Assembly: GCF_004010195.1 (NCBI RefSeq)
Contig: NC_057719.1
Location: 82,329,953 to 82,393,952, forward strand
Reading direction: 5' to 3'
Source: Chiloscyllium plagiosum
Lineage: Eukaryota
Length of the DNA stretch: 64,000 nucleotides
Shown here in pieces: positions 24,770 to 36,315 of this stretch (position 1 is the first letter of the stretch; each line of letters begins with the position of its first letter). The notes under the pieces are model-generated. The model was not told where the DNA came from and did no database searches. It saw nothing but the letters and a program-made list of their open reading frames with translations. The position numbers were made by a program, and so were the translations under genes.

Positions 24770-25535
24770 AGGATGGATTTTAATTTCAATAAATGTGAAG
24801 TATTGCATTTTGCTAATACAAACAAGGACAGGGCTTATACTATTAATGGCAGGACCCTGGATAGTGTTGTAGAGCGGGGAGACCTAGTGGTTCAGGTACA
24901 TAATTCTTTGAAATTTGTGTCGCATGTAGATAGGGTGGTTCAGAAGGCTTTCATTGCTCAGACCTTTGAGTATAGGAGTTGGGGATGTCATGTTGAGGTT
25001 TTACAAGACATTGGTGAGGCCTCTTCTGGAGCACTGTGTGCAGTTCTAGTTGCCCTGTTACAGAAAGGATATTATAAAACTGGAGAGGGTTGAGAAACGA
25101 TTTACCAGGATGTTGCTGGGAATAGAGGGTTTGAGTTACAAAAATAGGCTGGATAGGCTGGGACCTTTTCTCACTGGAGCCTAGGAGTTTGAGGGGTGAC
25201 CTCAAGGTGAATTACAAGGGTCTTTTCCCTACAGTGGGCAAGTTCGAAACTAGATGGCATAGTTTTAAGATGACAGGAGAAAGATTTCAAAAGGGCATGA
25301 GGGGCAACTTTTTTACACAGAGAGTGGTTCATGTGTGTGATGAACTGCCAAAGGAAATGATGGATGTGGGTACAGTTACAGCATTTAAAAGACATTTGGA
25401 TTAGTCCATGAATAGGAAAGGTTTGGAGGGATATGGGCAAAGCGCAGACAGGTGGGACTAGGTTAGTTTGGGATTATGGCTGGCATGGACTGGTTGGACC
25501 GTAGGGTCTGTTTCCGTGCAGTATGACCCTATGGT
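24770..25535 (+). mobile_element. CR1/HER1 LINE 3' fragment
   Basis: MDFNFNKCEVLHF..; RGNFFTQRVV..; typical 3' UTR. Confidence 0.9.
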
Positions 25536-25794
25536 GGACAGGAGATGCCATAATGGTACATTACCATGCTTAGCAACATGCCGAAGTAACAACGCAAGAC
25601 ATGAAACTGTTGAACTGATATTGAAAGTTGTTCCCTTATGAAATAGGAATGTAAATGTGAAACAATGACTGTCAGAGCATGCGATAGTATAGACCCTCAG
25701 TATAGGCTCTTCATAATTACAGACATTTCTCACCTTCATTCCAGCCTCACCTGACATGCGTCCCAAACTTTTTAAAAAAACCAAAGAACTGTTG

Positions 25795-25987
25795 ATGTTG
25801 GAAATCAGAAACAAAATCAGAAATCGCTGGAAGATCTTATCAGGTCTGACAGCATCTGGAGAGAGGAAGCAGGGTTAACATTTCAGATTCTGAAGAAAGG
25901 TCACTGGATCTGAAATGTTAGCTCTGCTTTCTCTCCACAGATGCTGCCAGACCCGATGAGATTTTCCAGCAATTTCTGATTTTGTTC
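25795..25987. mobile_element. Penelope fold-back (hairpin) with hammerhead core at the apex
   Basis: Arms at about 25810-25886 / 25910-25986; CTGAAGAaAGGTC-actg-GATCTGAAATGTTA at 25890-25920. Confidence 0.75.
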
Positions 25988-27179
25988 CCGACCAAAGCTC
26001 AGTCTCAACTCTCTTCCCCCTTATATCATCTCTCTGTCTTTTATAGTTTCTCACAGATACTTGGAAAACAGGATTCTTCCACCAACAAGGTTGCTAGGCA
26101 TAAAGATTATGGTCCCTTTACCATCAGAGATTTGGATCAGAGGATGTTGTACACAGAAGATCTATGCGAAGGAAGGGCAAATTGGTTCATGGATTCTGAG
26201 GCTGCCTGTATTTTTTGATAGCCTCAGGGAGTCCACATTCTGTGTGCACTTTTGCAGTAGATTACAACATCATTGTATTGTTTAAAGGGACTGTTTCTTA
26301 ATTTCTCGCTATTGTGCCCCACTGCTGATGTTCAGATGGAACAGGGTGTGGGCAGATCAGAGAACCTCCTTGTGTGTCTGCTCCTGGCTTGGTCAAGTCA
26401 GCCATTAAAGGTAGCTATGGTGAGGGTCATTCGACTTGACTACCTGCCTCTCTCCCATGGCCATGTCACACCCAAGGAATCACTGCAGAGGAAGCAGGTG
26501 GAGTGCACTGTTACACATGAAGCTTTCCTCAGATGGAGACCACCACAGAGGTCTGCAGTAGATCACTCTTCCCTAGAAGCAATTATTTTAATTCAATTTG
26601 ATAAGTTTTCTTTGAAATTTGCTTTTGTCTTTGGAACAGTGCCCCTTTAAGGGCTGGTTCTTTGATTAACCTGGTTAATTTGTTTATTAGTTTATTATTT
26701 GTTTTACAAAGTAGTATAAGGATTGGGGCACATTACAGCAGTAATGCCATAAGTGATAGTAAAAGAGGCAGACAGAATGGTTACACTGTTCAAGTACATC
26801 AGCGCCAAGTACATCATAGACACATGAACTGACCTGGAGGCTTCACATCACCTTAGAGACAGTGATCTGCAATCACTTATCAGTATAATAACATGAATAG
26901 CTCACCAACAGGGACAAGCACATTATTTTTAGGTCTCACTGTTACATGAGATCAGAACTGTAAACCAGACTCATCCTGGCAGTAACTGTAGAACATTCCT
27001 CTTGGCGAAGCAAAGCTGGAGAGGAGCTCTGATGGAAATATTTGAAATCATGAGAAGTCTGGACAGGGTGAATAGGTATAATGTTTTCTCACTTGTGTTA
27101 TGGCTAAGAACAAGAGGTTGCAGTAATTTGTTAAAGAAGCAAAAGTGAGACAAGGAAAATCTTTTTCATGTAGTAAGTG

Positions 27180-27905
27180 CTGAACAAAGAGACTTTGGAG
27201 TGCAGGTTCATAGTTCCTTGAAAGTGGAGTCGCAGCTGGATAGGATAGTGAAGAAGGCATTTGATATGCTTTCCTTTATTGGTCAGAGTAATGAGTATAG
27301 GATTGGGAGGGCATGTTGCGGCTGTACAGGACATTGGTTAGGCCACTGTTGGAATATTGCGTGCAATTCTGGTCTCCTTCCTATCGGAAGGATGTTTTGA
27401 AACTTGAAAGGGTTCAGTAAAGATTCACAAGGATGTTACAAGGGTTGGAGGATTTGAGCTATAGGGAGAGGCTGAACAGGCTGGGGCTGTTTTCCCTGGA
27501 GCATCGAAGATTGAGGGATGACCTTATAGAGGTTTATAAAGTCATAAGGGGCATGGATAGGGTAAATAGACAAGGTATTTTCACTGGGGTGGGGGAGTCC
27601 AGAACTAGAAGGCATATGTTTAGGGTGAGAGGGTAAAAATTTAAAAGCGACCTGAAGGGCAACTTTCTCACACAGAGGGAGGAGCGTGTATGGAATGAGC
27701 TGCCAGAGGAAGTGGTGGAGGCTAGTACACTTACAAGATTTAAAAGGCATCTGGATGGGGACATAAATAGGAAGGGTTTAGAGGGATTATGGGCCAAGTG
27801 CTGGCAAATGAGACTAGATTATTTTAGGATATCTGGTCCGCATGGATGAGTTGGACCGAAGGGTCTGTTTCCGTGCTGTACATTTCTGTGACTCTATGTC
27901 TCTAA
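27180..27905 (+). mobile_element. CR1/HER1 LINE 3' fragment nested in an older CR1
   Basis: ORFs 27200-27636; older CR1-like sequence on both sides (26990-27175, 27905-28015). Confidence 0.9.
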
Positions 27906-28215
27906 GTGGTTGGGGTCCAGAATGCACTGTCTCAGAGTGTAGTGTGGCAGGTTCAGTCGAGAGTTTCAACAGGGAATTACATTGGTTACTGGAAGGGGAA
28001 TAATGTGATGGGTTGTGGAGAGAAAAATCAAACTTGATGTCTCAGGATTGTAAGGTTTTATCCCCAGAGATACTTTTCTTCATGAGTGTTGCTTTATCTG
28101 CTCAGTATTATGGATTTTCTGTTTTCAATTTCATATTTCCAGCATTTGCAGTCTTTCACCTTTGCACTGAACACTGGAAACCTAGAGAACTCCGACAATG
28201 TAGTGAGTCCTATCA

Positions 28216-28312
28216 ACGTAATGAACACCATCAATATGTTGAACACTCGTAATGCAATGAACACTGTAAATGTATTAAATACTGGATATGCATTGAACAC
28301 TGAAAGTTTCAA
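28216..28312 (+). repeat. Degenerate 18-bp tandem repeat (..tgaacact..) x5
   Basis: aacgtaatgaacaccatc / aatatgttgaacactcgt / aatgcaatgaacactgta / aatgtattaaatactgga / tatgcattgaacactgaa. Confidence 0.75.
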
Positions 28313-28974
28313 CCATTGAACTGTATTCATTTTCAAAGTATGCATAGTTCCAACAGTGATTGTCCTATTATTGAGGTGATATAGTCTGACATATTCACAG
28401 ATGAACTCTGTGAAGTTACGTGGGAAACCGTGCATCAGTCTTAATTCTTAAGAATAACTATTCAACTATGACATCAGATTGCCATATGGAAGGACAGCTG
28501 AGGATACCAGACTCAAGTTGACAATAGTGAAAACCTGATGCTGCTGGTAGGTTGTGGGATGACTTAATTCACAAAATGGCAGATTGCCTAAGCAAGATTG
28601 ACTGGAGATCTGAATAATCTAGGAAGAATGTAGCTCACTGGGAACAATTCTGTACTTTGAAGACAATTCTTTCGACTTGACAGGCACAGGTAATGCAGTC
28701 CTTGCCCGACTTGCAGCTGTAAACGTGACGGATTTTTGGGACAATCTTTGTGGTGATGCTTATCGACTGGTGCTCTCTTAAATTAAAATAAAAGAATTGG
28801 TCTCTAAAGACCCTGGACGAGTGGTTTTGAGGAGCCCTTATCCTCCTCCATCTCCCAACAGTTTTTCCAGCTCTGGGCTTGCCTCACTTCATTCTTCCTG
28901 CCATGCTTTCTGCCCACAGGTCATCCTTGGTTCGAAGCAATTTCTTTCAACACAAGACTTTCATTGTCAGAGAC

Positions 28975-29378
28975 ACTAGAGCATAGGAGGTTGAGAGGCA
29001 ACCTTATAGAAGTTTATAAAATAATGAGGGGCATAGATAGAGTTAATGGTAGGTATCTTTTCCCCAGGGTGGGGGATTTCAAGACCAGGGGATACATTTT
29101 TAAGGTGAGAGGAGAGAGATTTTAAAAAAGACATGAGGGGCAAATTCTTTTTACTCAGAAGGTGGTTCATGTGTGGAATGAACTTTCTGAGGAAGTGGTG
29201 GATGTGGGTACAATTACAATGTTTAAAAGGCATTTGGATAAGTACATGAATAGGAAAGGTTTGGAGGGATATGGGCCAGCAGCAGACCGGTGGGACAAGT
29301 TTAGTTTGGGATTATGGTCAGCATGGACTGGTTGGACCGAACGGTCTGTTTCCGTGCTGTATGACTCTATGACTCTGT
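28975..29378 (+). mobile_element. CR1/HER1 LINE 3' end
   Basis: VWNELSEEVVDVGTITMFKRHLD; (ctatgact)n tail. Confidence 0.9.
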
Positions 29379-29428
29379 GACAGGACAGCAGGATAAGCCA
29401 GAACACAACCCATAACTGGAATGTACAA

Positions 29429-29630
29429 TGTTAAAAATCATGCAACACCAGGTTATAGTCCAGCATGTTTAATTGGAAGCACTAGCTTTCAAAGTGCTGC
29501 TCCTTCACCATCTGATGAAGGAGAGCACTCCAAAAGCTAGTGCTTCCAATTAAACCTATTGGACTATAACCTGGTGTTGCGTGATTTTTAGCTTTGTACA
29601 CCCCAGTCCAACACCGGCATCTCCAAATTA
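29429..29630. mobile_element. Penelope fold-back (GAAAGCTA family) with mutated hammerhead core
   Basis: About 75-bp inverted arms (aaaaatca..caacaccaggttatagtcca..gaagcactagcttt); CTGATGAaGGAG..CTCC at 29512-29531. Confidence 0.8.
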
Positions 29631-30289
29631 TAACTGGAATGGTAATCACCGTGGGAAGGCTCTAAAATGACAACAAACCAACTAGCAACCAGAAGGGAAT
29701 AAAATGACACAACTAAAGAATAAGTAGTTTATGATTACTTTAAATCATAGAGAGGGTGGAATGAGGTATGGCACGCATTTAATGTAGTACAGCATTATCA
29801 TCAGTTGTGTAACATTAAGGCAGGATGTTGGCTGGAGGGTAGGGTATGGGGGTCAAATTATGCCACAAAATCAGCACCGCATTATCATCCTAAACACTAT
29901 TCACTCACAGGCCTGAGGTGGTGCTCTTACTGCCAAAGATATGAGAGCCCTGAGCCATTAATAAGTGGCTTAGGGCTGGAGCACTATGTAAGGCAGCACC
30001 TTGGGGAGATTTCAATGTGATTCATGTTTAAACCTTTATCCACTTTGTCATTTCCAGGTTAGGAGGCCGACAAGCTCACAGAGAGAGAGAGAGAGAGAGA
30101 CAAGCCAGCCACTGCTGTACATTTGTGGTAGTTTGTTCAAGGTTTTGTAAATGAAGAAGGCAGAGCAGAAAAACAATAATGTGGCCTTAAACCACATAAA
30201 TGTCCCCGCCTCACTGTTACTGAAGTGCAGGGACATTCTCTTTAGCGTTTTCACCAACATTCGTTTCTCTCTCAGCTCCATTCCTGATC

Positions 30290-31065
30290 ATCCAGCTCCA
30301 TGCTGATTCGCGGGAGCTTGCTGAGTGAAAATTGACTGCTGTGTTTTTCATGGAGTAACAGTGATTACCCTTCAAAACGTACATCATTATCTGCGAGGCC
30401 CTTTGAGATGGTCTGAGGTCATGCAAGCTGCTGTTAAGATGCAAGTTACCTCTTTGCTTTTCCTTGTTGTTAATCCAGCTCCTTTCACACCTCCACGGCA
30501 TTCCACAATCTTGTAGATGAACAGAGATAAGGCAGGACGAAACATTCCCACAACTGATGTCACTCGAGGTTTGATTATTGGCAAGGACCCCAGGATCATA
30601 CCCTGATTTTTCTTGAACAGTTTCCTGGGTTCATTTGCACACATCTTAACTGATGGACATAGCCCAGGTTTTGCATTTCTGACAGAGTAGCTTTCCCTCA
30701 GTACTGCTGTGTCATTGATGCACAGAATGTTTACAGTGCAGAAAGAGTCCATTCAGCCCATCGAGTCTCCTCTGACACTCCACAGAGCATCCCACCCAGA
30801 ACCAGCACCCGACACTGTCCCTGCAACCCTGCATTTACCATGATTAAACCAACTAGCCTTTACATCTTTGGACTGTGGGAGGAAACCAGAGGACCCAGAG
30901 GAAACCCACACAGACAGACAGGCACCTGAGGGTGGAATCAAACCCAGGTCTCTGGTGCTGTGAGGCAGCACTGCTAACCATTAAGCCACCAGACAGGATT
31001 AGGTGCCCAAGTCTCTGAAGGTGCACTTGAACCTGTGAGCTTCAGACTCTGGATAAGAAAGGTTG
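30290..31065. mobile_element. DeuSINE/SacSINE-like fragments (+ tail 30290-30447; minus body 30540-31065) interrupted by an HE1 SINE (30717-30992, minus)
   Basis: gggagcttgctg..aattgactgc..cttcaaaa..gatgcaagt tail; attattggcaaggacccc..cttgaa resembles a reversed Deu domain; HE1 boxes on minus. Confidence 0.55.
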
Positions 31066-32084
31066 CGGCTGCTGGAAAATAATCAGAGCATTTAAGGCTC
31101 AGAGCCGTTGTAAAGGTAAACTCACCATAATACTACAGTCTCATTAGAGAGAGAGAAAGAACTGGAGGTGTCACTCTGCATCGCAAACCAGCCATCCAGC
31201 CAACTGAGCGAACTCATCCCAGCCTGAGAAACAGCTCATCTGAAAAACTGGGCTGCTATTAAACCAGATAGACTTAGAGAGAAAAGATGGATGGACACTC
31301 TTTCCTCTGCCAAGCATGTCCTGAACAAGGGGAATATAACCTTAAAGTTAGGACTAGGGATGGCCAGGGGTGATCTCAGCCAGGCCTACCTCACACCAAG
31401 GGGAGGGGAAATCTGTGGAACCCTCTCCCTCCAAAAACATGATCGAGGCTGGGGGCGGGGTCAAGTGAAAATGTCAAAACAGAGATTGATGCATTTTTCT
31501 TAGGCCTGGGTATTAAAGACTGCAAAATGAAGGCAGAGGATGGAACTGAGATCCAAACCAATCACGATCTTAATTGAATTTTGGAATAGGGACAAGGGAC
31601 TGAATGGTCAAAAGGTTCTACCATACATCAGCAGGGTATGTGAAGGTACTCTTGGTATTTTCAAGAATACAACCAAAGCAGGTCATTCAGCCACAACAAT
31701 ACTCCACATGAACCAGCTTCCCACTTTAATCTATACAGAACTCGCTATTGTTCTCCTTACATATGGATTCTGTACCATTTCAATACGCCTCAGATACCCC
31801 ATATGGCAGTGAATTTCTCATTCTGACCACTCTCCAGATCACAGTGTTTCCCCTGAATTCCTGATTGGATTTATTTGTGTCTTTCTTTGGCTGGTCTTGT
31901 CCTAGTTGACCATCACAAAAATCAGCTCCACCTGCCACATCTTTGACGGGAGCCACAGTGTCATCTATCTACTGTTCACAAGTCCTGCCATTCAGAAGTG
32001 AAATCAGAAACATTTTACAGCCAGTTGGGATACAGTGTATGAAGCCTCTTACCCTGACCCACTGTAACAGCGATTCACAATGGG

Positions 32085-32270
32085 CATACACACACACGTA
32101 TATACAAACACACACACATGCACACGTGCGCGTGCACACACACTCACTCACTCACTCTCTCTCTCTCACAATCAGTCACACACACTCACTCTATCTCTCA
32201 CAATCAGGCACGCGCACGTGCACACACACACTCACTCTCTCACAATCAGTCACACACACACACACACACC
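32085..32270 (+). repeat. Compound (CA)n/(CT)n microsatellite
   Basis: Directly visible; internal repeated ctctcacaatcag motif. Confidence 0.9.
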
Positions 32271-32400
32271 GGTTTTCGGTAAACTCCAGGAAACATCATA
32301 CTCTTTTCTCTGAGGCCAACTCTTTTTGCTGTTTACAGGATCGATAAGCGGAGGGGAGACACACACAGCCAGCTAATGTTCCAAATCTTGTGTCCCTCTT

Positions 32401-32448
32401 ACCAGAGAGCTGCACTCAATACACACACATGGCTGCTGGTTTTATAGG
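32401..32448 (-). promoter_or_regulatory. Candidate TATA promoter and non-coding first exon (possibly of the receptor gene)
   Basis: Minus strand CCTATAAAAC (TATAAAA 32446-32440), an A 30 nt downstream (32416), and donor CTG|GTAAGA (GT 32402-32401), in non-transposon sequence on the same strand as the GPCR. Confidence 0.35.
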
Positions 32449-32846
32449 AATTGCCTAGACAGAGCACCACCTGAACTGTGAAACAGGGAGGAAGGAAGCA
32501 CCCCAGTAAGCATGGGCCATGCAGGAGAAGAAAAGACCTGATTGTAGCAGAAACCAGAAAACACACAGGACAAATCCTGGGAAGGGAATAGCAGCATGTG
32601 GTCCAGGAGGTCACCTCTTGGAGTTGGGCTCCAGGAACCTTGCCCAGAGTTTCATACTCGCATAAGCGATCAAGGTCACTCAATACAGCTCCCAATTACA
32701 TTTCCTGCTCCCTTCGCCACTTGCCTCTCCCTCTTCTCCACCAGCCCCTCACACACCACTGTCTCTCCCTGATCCGCCGCCCCATCACACAACACCCCAG
32801 CCCCTCTTCCTGTTCCTCCAGCCCCTCTCCCTGTTCCAACCTCTCT

Positions 32847-34127
32847 CCCTGCTCCAACAGCCTCTCTCCCTGCTCCACCAGCCCCTCTCCCTGCTCCCCT
32901 AACCTCTCTCCCTGCTCCAACAGCCTCTCTCCCTGCTCCACCAGCCCCTCTCCCTGCTCCCCTAACCTCTCTCCCTGCTCCAACAGCCTCTCTCCCTGCT
33001 CCACCAGCCCCTCTCCCTGCTCCCCTAACCTCTCTCCCTGCTCCAACAGCCTCTCTCCCTGCTCCACCAGCCCCTCTCCCTGCTCCCCTAACCTCTCTCC
33101 CTGCTCCAACAGCCTCTCTCCCTGCTCCACCAGCCCCTCTCCCTGCTCCCCTAACCTCTCTCCCTGCTCCAACAGCCTCTCTCCCTGCTCCACCAGCCCC
33201 TCTCCCTGCTCCCCTAACCTCTCTCCCTGCTCCAACAGCCTCTCTCCCTGCTCCACCAGCCCCTCTCCCTGCTCCCCTAACCTCTCTCCCTGCTCCAACA
33301 GCCTCTCTCCCTGCTCCACCAGCCCCTCTCCCTGCTCCCCTAACCTCTCTCCCTGCTCCAACAGCCTCTCTCCCTGCTCCACCAGCCCCTCTCCCTGCTC
33401 CCCTAACCTCTCTCCCTGCTCCAACAGCCTCTCTCCCTGCTCCACCAGCCCCTCTCCCTGCTCCCCTAACCTCTCTCCCTGCTCCAACAGCCTCTCTCCC
33501 TGCTCCACCAGCCCCTCTCCCTGCTCCCCTAACCTCTCTCCCTGCTCCAACAGCCTCTCTCCCTGCTCCACCAGCCCCTCTCCCTGCTCCCCTAACCTCT
33601 CTCCCTGCTCCAACAGCCTCTCTCCCTGCTCCACCAGCCCCTCTCCCTGCTCCCCTAACCTCTCTCCCTGCTCCAACAGCCTCTCTCCCTGCTCCACCAG
33701 CCCCTCTCCCTGCTCCCCTAACCTCTCTCCCTGCTCCAACAGCCTCTCTCCCTGCTCCACCAGCCCCTCTCCCTGCTCCCCTAACCTCTCTCCCTGCTCC
33801 AACAGCCTCTCTCCCTGCTCCACCAGCCCCTCTCCCTGCTCCCCTAACCTCTCTCCCTGCTCCAACAGCCTCTCTCCCTGCTCCACCAGCCCCTCTCCCT
33901 GCTCCCCTAACCTCTCTCCCTGCTCCAACAGCCTCTCTCCCTGCTCCACCAGCCCCTCTCCCTGCTCCCCTAACCTCTCTCCCTGCTCCAACAGCCTCTC
34001 TCCCTGCTCCACCAGCCCCTCTCCCTGCTCCCCTAACCTCTCTCCCTGCTCCAACAGCCTCTCTCCCTGCTCCACCAGCCCCTCTCCCTGCTCCCCTAAC
34101 CTCTCTCCCTGCTCCAACAGCCTCTCT
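32847..34127. repeat. Perfect higher-order minisatellite: 20 x 63 bp (three 21-bp subunits) plus one subunit
   Basis: Unit ccctgctccaacagcctctct-ccctgctccaccagcccctct-ccctgctcccctaacctctct; first copy at 32847, last subunit at 34107 (1260 = 20 x 63); degenerate precursor units from about 32790. Confidence 0.97.
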
Positions 34128-35354
34128 CATTGCTACTGTTCCACATTACCATCACTTACTCTGCTGTAATCTCTAACAAGACTTGAGCCTAATATTCAGC
34201 TGTCACCTGTAATTATTCAGTCCTGCTTCAAAACGAAGTACCTCAACTCGTCCACACATCAGCGAGTGTCACATTCTAACCGCTCTCCTGATCAGGATGA
34301 CCCTCCTGAATGCCTTAGGGGATTTATTAATCCTTTCTTCTACTTGTTTCATCTGAGTAACAGTTTCTGAAGATCATTGGGAAGTTCAGGTCCACTGACA
34401 CTCCTGCAGTCTAGGCCTAACTCTCACATACTTTCCAATTAGCTCTTGCCCACCAGTGTTTCACAGACCATCCAAGCCCGTCGCTCCAGCTATTCAGCTA
34501 CGGTAGGCATTTCACCCAAACTCATTGCAACACGGTCACTGACATGTTTGTCTCTTTCTTGCAAGTGAAGGCATGCCCTCTTGTGAATGACCTCAGTCAC
34601 AGTACCTCTGGAGTTGAAGGTGCTTCCCAAAACAGGGAAGGCCGTGACAGTGTCCCTGCCAGATCTGACACCCTTCCAGGAGGAGTGATGGATGCAAACT
34701 GCAGCTATATTCTGGACAGTACTCAGAAGGTACAGCCCATTCTGTTTGACGCTCCCATTGCTCTGGAAAATTATCAACACCAACAATATGAGATAGTCAG
34801 TGACCTTCTCCAGAGTGGAAGTGATCATGGATGATCTACTAGTGGAGATATAATGGAAGAAACCATTACAGACCATGATCAGACCCGAGAGAGAGCTTGC
34901 CATATTAACCTGAAGCTAAACAAGGTTAAACAATGTGACTGACATCAAGTCCACGGTTATGTCGTGACAGTTGAAAGCATTTTAACCTGATGCTGATGAC
35001 ATCTGAGCTGTAGCTGAGATGCAGCAACCATCAGGTGTGATGGCAGTGTAACAGTCCGTTGGAGTTGCAAGGGATTAGTTCATTTCCTGCCCAGTTTAAC
35101 ACCAGAGTGTGTACCTCTCCACAAGCTACAGATAAAGATGTGGCATGGAATTTGAACAGAAGGCAGCTTTCACTCACATCAAAAAACTAGTGATGACAAC
35201 TCCAGTCCTGAGGTCCTGTCATGTCAGTGAGGAAGTCGCCCTGCAGTGAGATAGACAACAGTTTCACTTGCATTAACCAAACTGAATGCACAGCTTGAGA
35301 ACGAATGCCTGCAAAATGTCTTTGTTAGTGAACATTTTAATCAGTACCTCTCTT

Positions 35355-35465
35355 AAGATGCAGTTGGTAGTATCCCTACCCTTGGATCAGGAGGTCCAGG
35401 TTTAAGTCCCACTGGCTTCAGAGGTGAGTAATAACATCTCTGAAGCAGGTTGATTAGGAAAAACA
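35355..35465 (+). mobile_element. Short tRNA-like SINE (third family) inside the Gypsy fossil
   Basis: ggtagtatccctacc..ggtttaagtccc; reverse counterpart at 47715-47822. Confidence 0.5.
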
Positions 35466-35671
35466 GGCTTATAATTTAAAAGAATTAAAGTGACAGTGGG
35501 GTCTGACCACAAGCTACTTAAAAGCATCTCTCTGAATCTGCTTCAATCCAAAGCTTCTGTGTGGAAAGGCACTTTGTTTACGGAGGCAATAACCGGAAGG
35601 GAATTACAAACACGGGAAGGGGAGATGGATGCTGTCAAGAGCAGCACTCCTTTTCAAGGAAGTTGATGACA

Positions 35672-36315
35672 CTAGAACAGAATCATAGCATTCCTATAGT
35701 GCAGGAAGAGGCCATTCAGTCCATCAAGTCTGCCAACCCTCTGAAGAGCATGCCACCAAGAACCAAGACCCCACCCTATAACTCTGCATTTTACCATGGC
35801 TAATCCATCTAGCCTACACACTGTGGGACAATTTAGCATGACCAGTCCGCCTAACCTGGTGGGAGGAAACCGGAGCACCCAGAGGAAACCCACACAAACA
35901 CAAGGAGAATGTGCAAGCTCCATACAGACAGTCACCCGAGGGCGGCACGGTGGCACAGTGGCACAGTGGTTAGCACTGCTGCCTCACAGCGCCAGAGACC
36001 TGGGTTCAATTCCCGCCTGAGGCGACTGACTGTGTGGAGTTTGCACATTCTCCCCGTGGCTGCATGGGTTTCCTCCGGGTGCTCCGGATTCCTCCCACAG
36101 TCCAAAGATGTGCAGGTCAGGTGAATTGGCCATGCTAAATTGCCCGTAGTGTTAGGTAAGGGGTAGATGTAGGGGTATGGGTGGGTTGCGCTTCGGTGGG
36201 GCGGTATGGACTTGTTGGGCCGAAGGGCCTGTTTCCACACTGTAAGTAATCTAATCTAACCCAGGTCCCTGGTGCTGCGAGGTAGTAGTGCTAACCACTG
36301 AGCCATTGTGCCATA
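35672..36315. mobile_element. HE1 SINE (+, 35941-36259) nested in an older HE1 SINE (-)
   Basis: The minus copy is split at cacccgag | cccaggtccctggtgctg; the plus copy is complete with A/B boxes and a (taatc)n tail. Confidence 0.9.

Noticed and set aside
32847..34127. CRISPR-like array
   Set aside because: No unique spacers, no cas genes, eukaryotic context.
32598..34169. 473-523 aa repeat ORFs as real genes (CTD-like, coiled-coil or collagen-like)
   Set aside because: Several overlapping frames are open simply because the 63-bp unit lacks stops; there is no synonymous variation and no unique domain.
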